A DNA stretch of 64,000 nt from Octopus sinensis (GCF_006345805.1 NC_043003.1:53382001-53446000), one strand, 5' to 3'; positions 1-10,833 are shown, counted from the first letter of the stretch. Notes: generated from the sequence alone by a model not told the origin. A program made the numbers and translations.

Positions 1-109
1 AATGAATCAACCCCAGTATATATTATTTAAGCCAGGTACTTATTCCATTGGGCTCTTTTGCTGAACTGCAAAATTACGATGGTGGGACACACACACCCAC
101 ACGTTTATA

Positions 110-334
110 CAGGGTTGCCCAAATTTCATCCGAGAGTAAATTAAAATTCCATATCTACTATCTGTAATTCTGTATTGACTCGGATGGGGAAATATGTCTC
201 TCAAGGACTTCAGTTGGAACAATTTTCATGATGTTTTTAAGGATGTTTTTATTAAATTCATTCAGAAGATAAAAGATATATAAATCTTGGAATTAAATGG
301 TTTTGTTTTACTGTCAGGTGACTTTTGGTCAACC

Positions 335-337
<3 letters not shown>
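110..337. mobile_element. Tc1/mariner-type MITE (228 bp)
   Basis: TIRs cagggttgcccaaa / tttggtcaaccctg, TA on both sides (108-109, 338-339), no ORF. Confidence 0.7.
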
Positions 338-386
<49 letters not shown>

Positions 387-388
<2 letters not shown>

Positions 389-540
389 CGAGCTTCTTTC
401 AGTTTCCGTCCACCAAATCCACTCTCAAAGCTTTGGCTGGCCCGAGGCTACAGTAGAAAACACTTGCCCAAGGTGTCACGCAATCGAACTAAACCTAGAA
501 GCATGTGGTTGGAAAGCAAGCTCCTCACCACACAATGCTC
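387..540 (-). mobile_element. tRNA/CORE-type SINE, family A, head portion
   Basis: Reverse complement of the head gctgtgtggtaag...ccttgggcaagtgtcttctactatagcc...ggaaactgaaagaagc seen many times in the window; abuts a (TA)n run. Confidence 0.8.
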
Positions 541-865
541 TTTGAGGCGAAGTCTATATTATTCTCAATATAAATTTCGTCAGTATTATTCAGTCATGGG
601 AGATATAGTTGCCTTAGTTATAGTTAGCCATGACGTGACCTGCTGTCAGCTGGAATCCGTTCAGTTAACAGTATTCTATCAAATGGTGAAAGGTTAAATA
701 TAAACAATTGCGAACCTTTTCAATCAAAACTGTATGTCGTCATCGTATTTCACTCGGTCTCAGAACATGCTGCTCATTGGGAAACTATTTATTGCTTAAT
801 ATTTTTAGAGCAGTTGATACCTTATGAGTGAATTTGGTTGACTGAAACAGTGAAGAAGCCTGTCG

Positions 866-947
<82 letters not shown>

Positions 948-948
<1 letters not shown>

Positions 949-1145
949 AAGGGAAAGTTTACGAAAATAAACAAAAGACGAAGGCAGGTAGAGTACAAAC
1001 AAATGTTTAATATAGCGCTCAGGAATAGAAAAAGTCTTTTACGTTTCGAGCCTACGCTCTTCGACAGAAAGATACACAGAAAAAAACAAGGAGAGAAACA
1101 AGGAGAGAAAAAAATGCGTGTAGGAGCTAACGATCTATCATGGCG

Positions 1146-1150
<5 letters not shown>
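948..1150 (-). mobile_element. Penelope-like terminal-repeat fragment (family E) carrying an HHR-like motif
   Basis: Second copy at ~28195-28385; both sit between (TA)n runs and carry the same hammerhead-like motif. Confidence 0.6.
1035..1072 (-). ncRNA. Minimal hammerhead-like motif with variant core CUGUCGA
   Basis: Minus strand: UCUUU-CUGUCGA-A-GAGC(guag)GCUC-GAAA-CG-UA-AAAGA; 5-bp stem I, 4-bp stem II, palindromic stem III ACGU; A6 replaced by U. Confidence 0.5.
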
Positions 1151-1191
<41 letters not shown>

Positions 1192-1490
1192 CAAAGTGGG
1201 ACAAGAACGCAAAACATCCGGACAGCTAGGTGATACAAAAGGGCACAACAAAACATCCAGATAGATGATACAAAGAAAACAAGGACGGGTCATTCGAAGC
1301 CCTCTATCCTCAGTCAAGCACCAGATTATCCTCGCAATTTCGGCTGATTATTCTTGAGATTTCTTCAATCTGGCCAGCCCCAAGGAAAAACTAAGCTAAG
1401 AGCATTAGATCCCTTGGAAGAAAGCAGCGAATGTATGCAAAAACAAGGACGGAAAAAACGAATATAAATATAAATATATATATATATATA

Positions 1491-1915
1491 TCTGTTCGAA
1501 GGTTATATGGACACAGGTTCGTATGTAACATAGCTAGCTAGGGGCGATGGCCTCTTGGAGCTAATCAACGGCAGCATTCGTCTTATTTTTCTGGACTGCC
1601 ATGTTAGCTTGGCGATAATTATTAATATCCAGCATCACTTGGAAATATTAATATTTCTATTTTTGAAAACCAGTGGATGTATTCCACAGGATTTAGGTAA
1701 ATAATCCTTCGAACAGACGGTCAGCAACGACACCTTCCTGGTTCGGCTGCTCTACGTTGATAAGGGGCAAATACCCTGAAACTAGTCTGTAGATGCCAGA
1801 CCATCAAGGGGAAGCGGCTAACCTTCCCAATTCGAAGGTTATAATGGAGCTAATCAATGGCAGCATTCGTCCTATTTTTCTGGACTGCCATTTTAGCTTG
1901 GCGTAAACTATTAAT
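1491..1915 (+). mobile_element. PLE/retrozyme-like element, ~336-bp unit plus partial second unit
   Basis: ttcgaaggtta repeats at 1495 and 1831; homologous copy at 13901-14382; contains the HHR at 1751-1793. Confidence 0.65.
1751..1793 (+). ncRNA. Minimal type-I hammerhead ribozyme, U3-A8 core variant
   Basis: UCUACG-UUGAUAA-GGGG(caaaua)CCCU-GAAA-CUAG-UC-UGUAGA: 6-bp stem I, 4-bp stem II, palindromic ACUAGU stem III, GUC cleavage triplet. Confidence 0.75.
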
Positions 1916-2034
1916 ATATATGTTCAGTTATAATAAAAACATATATACATATGTGTATACAAATGCACACTGACGCACATACATGCGCTCAAACAAACAA
2001 AAAGAACGCAGTTCTGTTAACAGACAGTGTCAAC

Positions 2035-2250
2035 GGCTATTGAAAAGGTTGCAAGACGCAGCGAAAATTTTAGAAAAAATAAATAGCTAAATGAGTGGAA
2101 ATCGAACCAGTGCGTGTGTTTAAATAACTAGGCACTAGAAGAGAATGAATCTCCCCAGACACAGTAAAATATGCTTTAACACACGAATTCGCATAAAGAA
2201 TGTTGCAAACCAAATACAAAAACGAAATATAATAAAAACAATTTTACATT
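2035..2250 (+). mobile_element. Degraded fragment of the repeat family also at 16241-16582 (probably PLE-derived)
   Basis: Shares tgaaaaggttgcaagacgca...tctccccagacac...gcaaaccaaat with 16241-16582. Confidence 0.5.
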
Positions 2251-2454
2251 AATTTTATGGGTTTCTCTATACTTTTGTAGAATACAAACTTATTTTCCTT
2301 GAAATTGTGACTTCGAAATTTCGGCAGTCCAACGATAGCTTAGCTAGCTGAAACTTCGAAGTCACTGTCAACAACATTCTTGTTTAAGAATAACACACAT
2401 ACATGTTAAAACTGGTCCCTCTTGTTTTTGGTCATCGCCTTTACATCGTGTAGG

Positions 2455-2670
2455 GAGGGGGGTCGCATGGCTTAGTGGTTAGGGAGATGCACTCACAATC
2501 TAGCGATCGCGATTTCAATTCCTAGACCGAGTGGTACATTGTGTTCTTGAGCAAAACACTTCATCTCGCGTTGCCCTAAGATCACTTCGATACCTGACGC
2601 GTGGCACAAACGTTGATTTAATGGAAGAAGTGATCTAATGTGCGGCACGAACATTTGATCACTATAAACC
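2455..2670 (+). mobile_element. tRNA-derived SINE (family D)
   Basis: A-box/B-box-like head (tggcttagtggttaggg...gatttcaattcc); related pieces at ~4410-4470 and ~22850-23045. Confidence 0.55.
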
Positions 2671-2873
2671 AGTGCTACTCAAAGTGGTGGGTCGCGGACC
2701 GGTGCCGCTCCGTGAGCCATCAGCTGTCGGTACGCGGCGAATTTCCAGAAAAGAAAGAAATATAAAATACTTATGTAATATTGCATTATTTATTTACGAT
2801 CTGAGTTTAAATTCCGTCGAGTTCGACTTTGCCTTTCATCATTTTGGAAACGATAAATTAAGTATCCGTTGCG

Positions 2874-3222
2874 GGATCTTTTCGGTTTGAACGGCAGTTT
2901 TTTCTTGCGGTGTCATATGAAATTGTCACCCATAATTATGACCCTAGAATCGATCTATTGCATTTCAATCTCTTTTAGGGTGGGGGTTAGAGATGGGGGA
3001 AGGGTATCTTTTTTTTCTTCACAAATGTAAATAAACCCAATCTGTTTCTTAAATGAGGGACATATTCATACGGCACAGAATGCTTTTTAACTCAATAGAC
3101 GTCACTGATTGGTTGAAATTGCAGAAATTGAAGAAAGAAAAAAACGACAAATATACGAAGTTTAAAATATTTTAGTTACGTAGAAATTATGTTAAAAACT
3201 GCTGTTCAAACCGAAAAGATCC
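2874..3222. mobile_element. Non-autonomous TIR element with GG termini and 8-bp TSD (Merlin/MULE-like), nested in a family-B SINE
   Basis: TIR ggatcttttcggtttgaacggcag / ctgctgttcaaaccgaaaagatcc; flanks ccgttgcg / cagttgcg; the SINE sequence resumes after it. Confidence 0.7.
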
Positions 3223-3580
3223 CAGTTGCGTACTGGAGTCGATTTAATTGACTGGCCCCCTCCCCCAAAATTTCGGGACTTGTGCCTAGAGTAGAAAAGA
3301 ATATTGTTTACAAAATAAATATAAGATAAAAAAAAGTTGTCATCTTGGATCTTTTAGAAAAGATCCATGATCTTTTAGAAAAGATCCGTCATCTTTTATT
3401 ATAATCATTATATATATTATAAGGGACTAAAGCCATCTGAATATGGCTAGGGACAGGGCAGGGTGGTGTTACTGTTGCATTTAGCCCCAGGCGAACATCG
3501 ACGTCGCCAGATAGGCTTGACACCATCACGGTGTCCTTTAACCTGCAAAGGGAGATAATTCCCCGATGAAGCGGAAACCA

Positions 3581-3626
3581 CACACAGACCATGGTTTCAA
3601 GGTGTATTGCCTATCGTCAACGTGTG
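3581..3626 (-). ncRNA. Type-I hammerhead, retrozyme copy A
   Basis: CACACG-UUGACGA-UAGG(caauaca)CCUU-GAAA-CCAUGG-UC-UGUGUG; the first stem I pair is G.U. Confidence 0.7.
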
Positions 3627-3941
3627 GTAGGCCTCCGCTTCCTCGACGAAATCTCACTCTGCAGGATATTCATATATAGATTTTCAAGCAAAATACATTT
3701 GCTGATTTCGAAAATCTGTTCGACAGCAATAATAATTCTCTAAAAGAGATATAGACAGTAACTGCTCGATAACATAAGGGACTAAAGCCATCTGAATATG
3801 GCTAGGGACAGGGCAGGGTGGTGGGGGTGTTACTGTTGCATTTAGCCCCAGGCGAACATCGACGTCGCCAGATAGGCTTGACACCATCACGGTGTCCTTT
3901 AACCTGCAAAGGGAGATAATTCCCCGATGAAGCGGAAACCA

Positions 3942-3987
3942 CACACGGACCATGGTTTCAAGGTGTATTGCCTATCGTCAACGTGTG
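3942..3987 (-). ncRNA. Type-I hammerhead, retrozyme copy B
   Basis: CACACG-UUGACGA-UAGG(caauaca)CCUU-GAAA-CCAUGG-UC-CGUGUG; perfect 6-bp stem I, palindromic stem III ACCAUGGU, GUC triplet. Confidence 0.75.
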
Positions 3988-4069
3988 GTAGGCCTCCGCT
4001 TCCTCGACGAAATCTCACTCTGCAGGATATTCATATATAGATTTTCAAGCAAAATACATTTGCTGATTT

Positions 4070-4111
4070 CGTTGACGATAGGCAATACACCTTGAAACCA
4101 TGGTCCGTGTG
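4070..4111 (+). ncRNA. Type-I hammerhead, retrozyme copy C (5' stem I truncated by the inversion junction)
   Basis: Same core and stems II/III; only cg remains of the 5' stem I strand. Confidence 0.6.
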
Positions 4112-5229
4112 TGGTTTCCGCTTCATCGGGGAATTATCTCCCTTTGCAGGTTAAAGGACACCGTGATGGTGTCAAGCCTATCTGGCGACGTCGATGTTCG
4201 CCTGGGGCTAGATGCAACAGTAACACCCCCACCACCCTGCCCTATCCCTAGCCATATTCAGATGGCTTTAGTCCCTTATGTTATCGAGCAGTTACTGTCT
4301 ATATCTCTTTTAGAGAATTATTATTGCATTATATATATTGTTTCCGGTATAAATCAATATTAATAAGAACTATTACCGGTGTTGGATCCATTGGGAAAAA
4401 CTGCCCGTACGTCACATCAGATAGTTTGAGAAGTACCGCTATAAACAAATCATTTGTGCAGGTCGTTCCGCAATAGTTGAATGTTCATAGATCTTCTTCG
4501 ACAGGAGAGTCCATTTGTGTGTGTGTGTGTGTGTGTGCGCGTGTGCGTGCGTGTGCGTGCGTGTGCGTGCGTGTGCGTGCGCGCGCCTACTCAACGCTTG
4601 ACAACCAGTTTTGGTTTGTTTACGTCTTTGTTATTCACCGATTCGACAAAAGACACCCATAGTATAATATAAAGTAAAAGAGAATGAGAAACAGTACGTT
4701 CGTTACTAAAATTTGGGAGTTAGAATCCTCATGAGAAGTGGAAACTTTGAGAATACTTCTTGATGTGTGTCAGTTACCCATAGTTGAATCTTCATCAAAA
4801 TCTTACGGCTGAGCTTGTCACCTGTATGGTGAGGAATCCTACATTGGGGAGTAGTAACGACTGGGGTATGGTAGCTGACTGCTTATTGTGATCATTCGTC
4901 TTTTGGTTTCCTGTAGCTTTGTTCTCTTTTACAAACCCAGTGAACATACATATATTTCCTATTTCAAAGAAATTCGAACAATACATATAAGACTGGAATT
5001 TTGGAATCTGCGCATAAAAATCAGTAGTATGGGATACATGTGTTGTCATGATTAGAACTTTTTTAGGGTGTGTAAAGAGGGAAAGAACTCTCATCTGCAA
5101 TTTTAATGAAATTCGAATCATAGGTATTCCAGTTCATTTGAGAAAATATAACAGAAAAGTTTAATTCTTCAATTGCATGTAACATGGGCAACGCCGGGTA
5201 TCTCTGCTAGTTCTTATATGTTATGAATA

Positions 5230-5734
5230 CAGTAACACCTCACTTTACGAGGACCCGCTTTACGAGACCCCGGTTGTACGAGTTTTGTTCTTCAAGCACA
5301 AGATCCAAATTTTGAACGAAGTGCAAAAGTTTCTACCACCATAGCAAATGCTTCTGCATGTTACCGAGAAATCTGTTGAGAGCGAAAAACGAAATCTACA
5401 AGTCCGTCTACGAGTGCTTGTGAATCGGCAATCGCGTCTACAATTAATGGTGTGCCCGAGTCTAGTGTAAGTGAAAGTGATTCAGAAAACGATTATAATA
5501 ATATTTTCTATTATAAACGATTTTGACATTCTTTTTACTTTACATAAAATATTCCTCACATACTACTGTTGTTTTATTGCCATTTATTTTTGAGTATTAT
5601 AGGTAAAATATTTTTCTGGGAATGAATTACGATTTATAACAATGCTACTATAGGAAATTATTGCTCTGCTTTACGAGTGTTCGCTTACGAGGGGTCTCCG
5701 GGAACAAGTTAACTCGTATATCGAGGCATTACTG
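5230..5734. mobile_element. Tigger/pogo-type MITE
   Basis: Ends cagtaacacctc... / ...gaggcattactg, TA on both sides; internal ttacgag repeats. Confidence 0.65.
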
Positions 5735-6057
5735 TATTTCTGTATTTTATGGAAAGACCATGACTTGTAAAATGTGAAAGATATATGAACACTTTTGTTA
5801 GAAGCTGCGTTGCATTTATTGGGTTTTTTGGAAGTAGAGAAATTAGGATGAGAGTAGGTTTGTACACGCAAACTGTGTTCTACCGAAATATTACAAGTTT
5901 CACCAAATTTGAATTCCATGAGAGAATGAACTAAAGATGAAAGTAGTGAACTTTCGGAATTTGTTCAGATATTTCAGCCTTGTTTTGTTTTTGGCTTTCA
6001 TTATTTAGTTAGAATAAGGTCTTGTGCCTAGAGTAGAAATAATTATTTACTTAGAAT

Positions 6058-7252
6058 AAGGCGGCGAGTTGGTAGAATCGTTAGCGCGCCGGGCGAAATG
6101 CTTAGCCGTATTTCGTCTGTCTTTACGTTCTGAGTTCAAATTCCACCGAGGTCGACTTTGCCTTTCATCCTTTCGGGGTCGATAAATTAAGTACCAGTTA
6201 CGCACTGGGGTCGATGTAATCGACTTAATCTCTTTCTCTGTCCTTGTTTGTCCCCTCTATGTTTAGCCCCTTGTGGGCAATAAAGAAATAATAATCGTTA
6301 GCTCTCTGGACGAAATACTTAGCGGTATTTCTGAGTTCAAATTCCGCCGAGGTCGATTTTGTCTTTCATCCTTTTTCGGGGTTGATAAATTAAGTGCCAG
6401 TGAAACACTAGGGTTAAGTCCCCGCCCTCAAATTTTCATGTCTTGAAGGATTAAGTTAGAATTAGGGTGGTGAGTTGATAGAATCGTTCTGCTAAGCAGA
6501 ATTTCTTCCGGCTCCATTACATGTTAAGTTCAAATCCCACCAAGGTCAACTTTGCTTTTCATCCTTTCAGGTTCGATAAATTAAAGTACCAATCGAATAC
6601 TAGGGTCGGTGTAATCGACCAGCACACCTTCCCGCAAAAATTCCAGGCCTTGTGCCAATAGTAGAAAGCATTGTTACTTATTATTAAGCAGGCAGAATTG
6701 TTAGCACGCTGATCGAAATGCTTAGCGGTGTTTCGTCCGTCGCTACGTTCTAAGTTCAAATTCCGCCAAGGTTGACTTTACCTTTCATACTTTCGGGGAC
6801 GATAAATTAAGTACTAGTTAAGTACTGGGATCGCTGTAATCGGCTATCCCGCTTGCCCAAATTTCAAGCTTATACCTATAACAGAAAGGATTATTAAGCT
6901 GGCAAAATCGTTAGCACACCGGGCAAAATGCTTAGCGGTATTTCGTCTGTCTTTACGTTCAGAGTTCAAATTCCGCCGACGTCGACCTTACCTTTCATCT
7001 TTTCTGAGTTAATAAAATAAGTATAAGTTGAGTACTGGAGTTGATGTAATCATCTAACCCCTTCTCAAAAACTTTTTGGCTTTGTGTCTACAGCAAGAAG
7101 AAATAATAAGGTAGCAAGCTGGCTGAACCGATAGCGCGTTGGACAAAATGCTAAAGACATTTTTTCCGGCTCTTTACTTGCTGAGCTCAAATCCCACCAA
7201 GATCAACTTTACTTTTCGTCCTTTCGAGGTCGATAAACTAAAGTACCAGCTA
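6058..7252 (+). mobile_element. Head-to-tail array of ~6 family-B SINEs (Meta-domain-like)
   Basis: Repeated ggcgagctggcagaatcgttagc...gttcaaattccgccgaggtcgactttgcctttcatcctttcggggtcgataaattaagtaccag; the central part resembles the Meta-SINE domain (from memory). Confidence 0.75.
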
Positions 7253-8354
7253 TTGTTATTGTTTCTAAAAGATTAAAACTCAAAATTAAAGAATACAAGT
7301 TCAATAGAATCGTATTACTTTTTCTTATAAACCTTTCAAGGGGTTCGCTCCCACTGCTAGCGATGTATTGTACATAAAGGGTGCAGAGCTTGCACTGAAA
7401 ACCAGCTGGTGGAGAATCCGCCTGGGGTTAAACTAGTAGTAACGTTCATCTGCCCCTTTGACGTGGCTACTCGCTTTACCAATTAAGAAAATGTTTTATA
7501 GAAATTTAAATAACATTGTAACGTATATTTTATGATTTTTCACACCTTTGCATAACGAGAATGAAAGCTCATTTGATCATTGATTATTTGCAGTAACGTG
7601 GGGGGAAAAGAAGGGCCGGTCAACTCCGGGCAACGCTTTTATGGTGGTTGTGGTGGTGGTGGTGGTATTTTGGGGTCTGCTGTATGAGGGTGTATAGAGC
7701 TCGAGATGGATGGAAAGAAGCAAACTTATGGACTATTCCGGAGGTGGGGCACGTACAAGCTACGCCGCTAAGTATCTGAAATTATTTAAACCTTAACAAA
7801 ACCTGGAATTTGTAATTAAGATCGAGGAAGGGATCACTGATATGTTTGAGTGTGTCTTTGTATCTATGTTTGAACACACCACCGTTTGACAACCGGTGTT
7901 GGTTTGTTTACGTTCCTATAGCCTAACAGCTCGGCGAAAGAGACCGATAGTATTTGGCTTAAAACAAGAACTTGGGGTCAATTTCTTCAACAAACCCTTC
8001 AAGGCGGCGCCCCTGCTTGGCCCTCCTCTTTGGTGCTTTAAGTACGTGCTTATTTTGTCTAATGGTTGGTTAGTCTGACCCCTGCTTGAACTGTTAAGCA
8101 GCTTCACTCACTCGTTTGCTAACCACAGTTGTTGTAGTTGCTGCTGTTGATAATGATGATGTTGCTGTTGTTGTTCTTGATGATAACGTTGTTGATGAGG
8201 ATGCTGATGATGATGTTGATGATGGTATTGATGATGATGACGACGACGATGACGACAATGACGTTGATATTGTTTTTGGGGATGATGTGGTTACGGATAG
8301 TGATGTTTAACCCCATGTCGGCTCTGATTGAGCAAACTTTATAATCAAAGACAT

Positions 8355-8846
8355 TCCAATCTTGACCAGTTCGTTTTCCCTACTTACAGAGAACCCTTAG
8401 CCACACAGTCCAACCGTGACCAGTTCGTTTTCCCTACTTACAGAGAACCCTTAGCCACACAGTCCAACCGTGACCAGTTTGTTTTCCCTACTTACAAAGA
8501 ACCCTTAGCCACACAGTCCAACCGTGACCAGTTTGTTTTCCCTACTTACAGAGAACCCTTAGCCACACAGTCCAACCGTGACCAGTTCGTTTTCCCTACT
8601 TACAGAGAACCCTTAACCACACAGTCCAACCGTGACCAGTTTATTTTCCCTACTTACAGAGAACCCTTAGCCACATAGTCCAACTGTGACCAGTTCGTTT
8701 TCCCTACTTACAGAGAACCCTTAGCCACACAGTCCAACCGTGACCAGTTCATTTTCCCTACTTACAGAGAACCCTTAACCACACAGTCCAACCGTGACCA
8801 GTTCGTTTTCCCTACTTTCAGAGAACCCTTAGTCACACAATCCAAC
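8355..8846. repeat. 54-bp minisatellite, 9 full units
   Basis: tccaa unit starts at 8355, 8409, 8463 ... 8787, 8841; unit tccaaccgtgaccagttcgttttccctacttacagagaacccttagccacacag. Confidence 0.95.
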
Positions 8847-9225
8847 TTGTTCTCTTCTAAGGTGACAAAATGTGATTTGGGTACTCCTTCTAGCGAATTG
8901 TGCATCCACGTAGAGGTTCCTTCATTACAAGACTAAGATTTGGCTATGAAATTGTAAATTTGGGTTATGTGGTGAGGAAAGTAAAATCAGCTGATTCTGT
9001 TTAGAATAATTACCTATAATAATAAATGCGCACGTGCATGTGTGTGTATCAAAAAGGTATAGCTGCCTAGCTCTGAGTGTGTGTATGTGTGTGTACGTGC
9101 GTGCGTGCGCCTGACTAAACTTTTATGTGCATAGTCAAAATAGATGCACATATGTCCTATATACCTTATATATTGTATTTATGCATAAACGTATATAAGA
9201 GTCAAGTGTGTGTGTGTGTGCGTGT

Positions 9226-9398
9226 TAGCGGCGTAACGAGTGTCTGTGTCGCCCGGGGCAACCCTTGAGCTTGCCGGGCCCTGCCGAGCCTATACAGACT
9301 TATTACAGCAGATCCAAAAGTACCGCCCCCACAAAAACGTTCCCCGGGGCGAGTCGCCCCCCTGCCCTCGTCTCCTTCTAAATTCTCTCATGCTACTG
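9226..9398. mobile_element. Probable hAT-type MITE remnant
   Basis: Ends tagcggcgtaacgag / ctcatgctactg with GC-rich sub-terminal cgcccgggg motifs. Confidence 0.35.
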
Positions 9399-9436
9399 AT
9401 ATACATATATATGTATATATATGTATGTATGTATGT

Positions 9437-9452
9437 AGACAGACAGACAGGA

Positions 9453-9493
<41 letters not shown>

Positions 9494-9496
9494 GGA

Positions 9497-9560
<64 letters not shown>

Positions 9561-9618
9561 CAGACAGATAGATGATAGATAGATAGATAGATAGATAGAG
9601 ATAGATAGAGATAGATAG

Positions 9619-9704
<86 letters not shown>
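9437..9704. repeat. (GACA)n/(GATA)n compound microsatellite
   Basis: Direct inspection. Confidence 0.95.
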
Positions 9705-9905
9705 TATGTGTGTATGCGTGCATGAATGTGCGCATGTGTGTGTAAGCATGTGAGTGATGTGCACATTTGAATAGACGAGGGGAAAACATCTGGTTTAGTA
9801 GCATTAAGATAAAATTATAAAACTGAATGGATCTAAGTCAAAGTAATAATTAGTTTAGAGAAAGGCTAAATCAAACGAGAAAACATTTACAATATTAATG
9901 AGGGA

Positions 9906-10100
9906 ATGTATGCATGTATGTGTGTATGTATGTATGTATGTATGTATGTATGACTGTATGTATGTATGACTGTATGTATGTATGTATGTATGTATGACTG
10001 TATGTATGTATGTATGTATGTATGACTGTATGTATGTATGTATGTATGTATGCATGCATGTATGTATGTATGTATGTATGTATGTATGTATGTATGTATG

Positions 10101-10128
<28 letters not shown>
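9906..10128. repeat. (TATG)n microsatellite
   Basis: Direct inspection. Confidence 0.95.
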
Positions 10129-10131
<3 letters not shown>

Positions 10132-10224
10132 CTCTCTATATATATGTATACATATCTCTCTCTATATATATATATGCAGGTATGTATATATATATATGTG
10201 TGTGTGCGTGTGTGTGTGTGTGTA

Positions 10225-10461
10225 GAGGATGGCCCAAAAGTAGGTTTACAGTAATACAACTATCTCTTTCACATTCATATATTAACAGATTAGATCTTCA
10301 TTATTAAAAAAATACGAAACCATTAATCTATTCTAATTTAGTTAATTTTATCAAGTTCCTTTTTCAGTTTTGTAAGATAGAAATTTAAATGTAATAAAAT
10401 ACTTTAAACGAAATTCAAAGTACTTACGTGATAACTGTAAACCTACTTTTGGGTCACCCTG
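10225..10461. mobile_element. Tc1/mariner-type MITE (237 bp)
   Basis: ~28-bp TIRs gaggatggcccaaaagtaggtttacagt / actgtaaacctacttttgggtcaccctg, TA flanks. Confidence 0.75.
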
Positions 10462-10493
10462 TATGTATGTATGTATGTGTGTATATATATATA

Positions 10494-10525
<32 letters not shown>

Positions 10526-10833
10526 TGTATGTGTATGTATCTACATATGTATATATATATGTATATGTATTTATACGTGTATATATGTATATATATATAT
10601 ATGTGTATGCATATATGGATATGTATATATATATATATGTATATATATATATGTGTATATATATGCATATATATATATATGTATATATATATGCATATAT
10701 ATATGTGTATATATATATGTGTGTGTGTGTATAGATATATATATATATGTATAGATATATATATGTATATATATATATGTGTGTGTGTATAGATATATAT
10801 ATATGTATAGATATATATATGTATATATATATA

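Larger units (their letters stand above)
3419..4326. mobile_element. Retrozyme-like insertion: tandem 355/361-bp HHR-bearing units plus a 258-bp inverted copy, 13-bp TSD
   Basis: Unit starts ataagggact at 3419 and 3774; 4070-4327 is the reverse complement of 3726-3983 (2 mismatches); cattatatatatt at 3406-3418 and 4327-4339. Confidence 0.8.

Noticed and set aside
1290-1375. Two hammerhead-like cores on the minus strand (TTGAAGA..GAAA and CTGAGGA..GAA)
   Set aside because: Core nucleotides are missing and stems II/III do not pair.
3552-3660. Plus-strand CCGAUGA...CGAAAUCUC as a second hammerhead in the unit
   Set aside because: No stem I can form and the stem II register is off by 8 nt; the segment is better read as a long imperfect hairpin.
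3389-4363. Three near-identical ORFs (MVRVWFPLHRG...)
   Set aside because: They are incidental frames in the repeated retrozyme unit, with no domain and different ends.
4795-5121. 108-aa ORF with an upstream ttgcAG as a host exon
   Set aside because: No recognisable motif in any frame and no matching donor; it adjoins a Helitron/HINE-like end at ~5185-5212.
8116-8316. Asp/Val-rich ORF
   Set aside because: Degenerate GTT/GAT/GAC trinucleotide tract.
8355-8846. Regular repeat array as CRISPR, or ORF 8328-8678 as a gene
   Set aside because: The units are contiguous with no unique spacers, there are no cas genes, the context is eukaryotic, and the ORF is just the 54-bp unit in frame.
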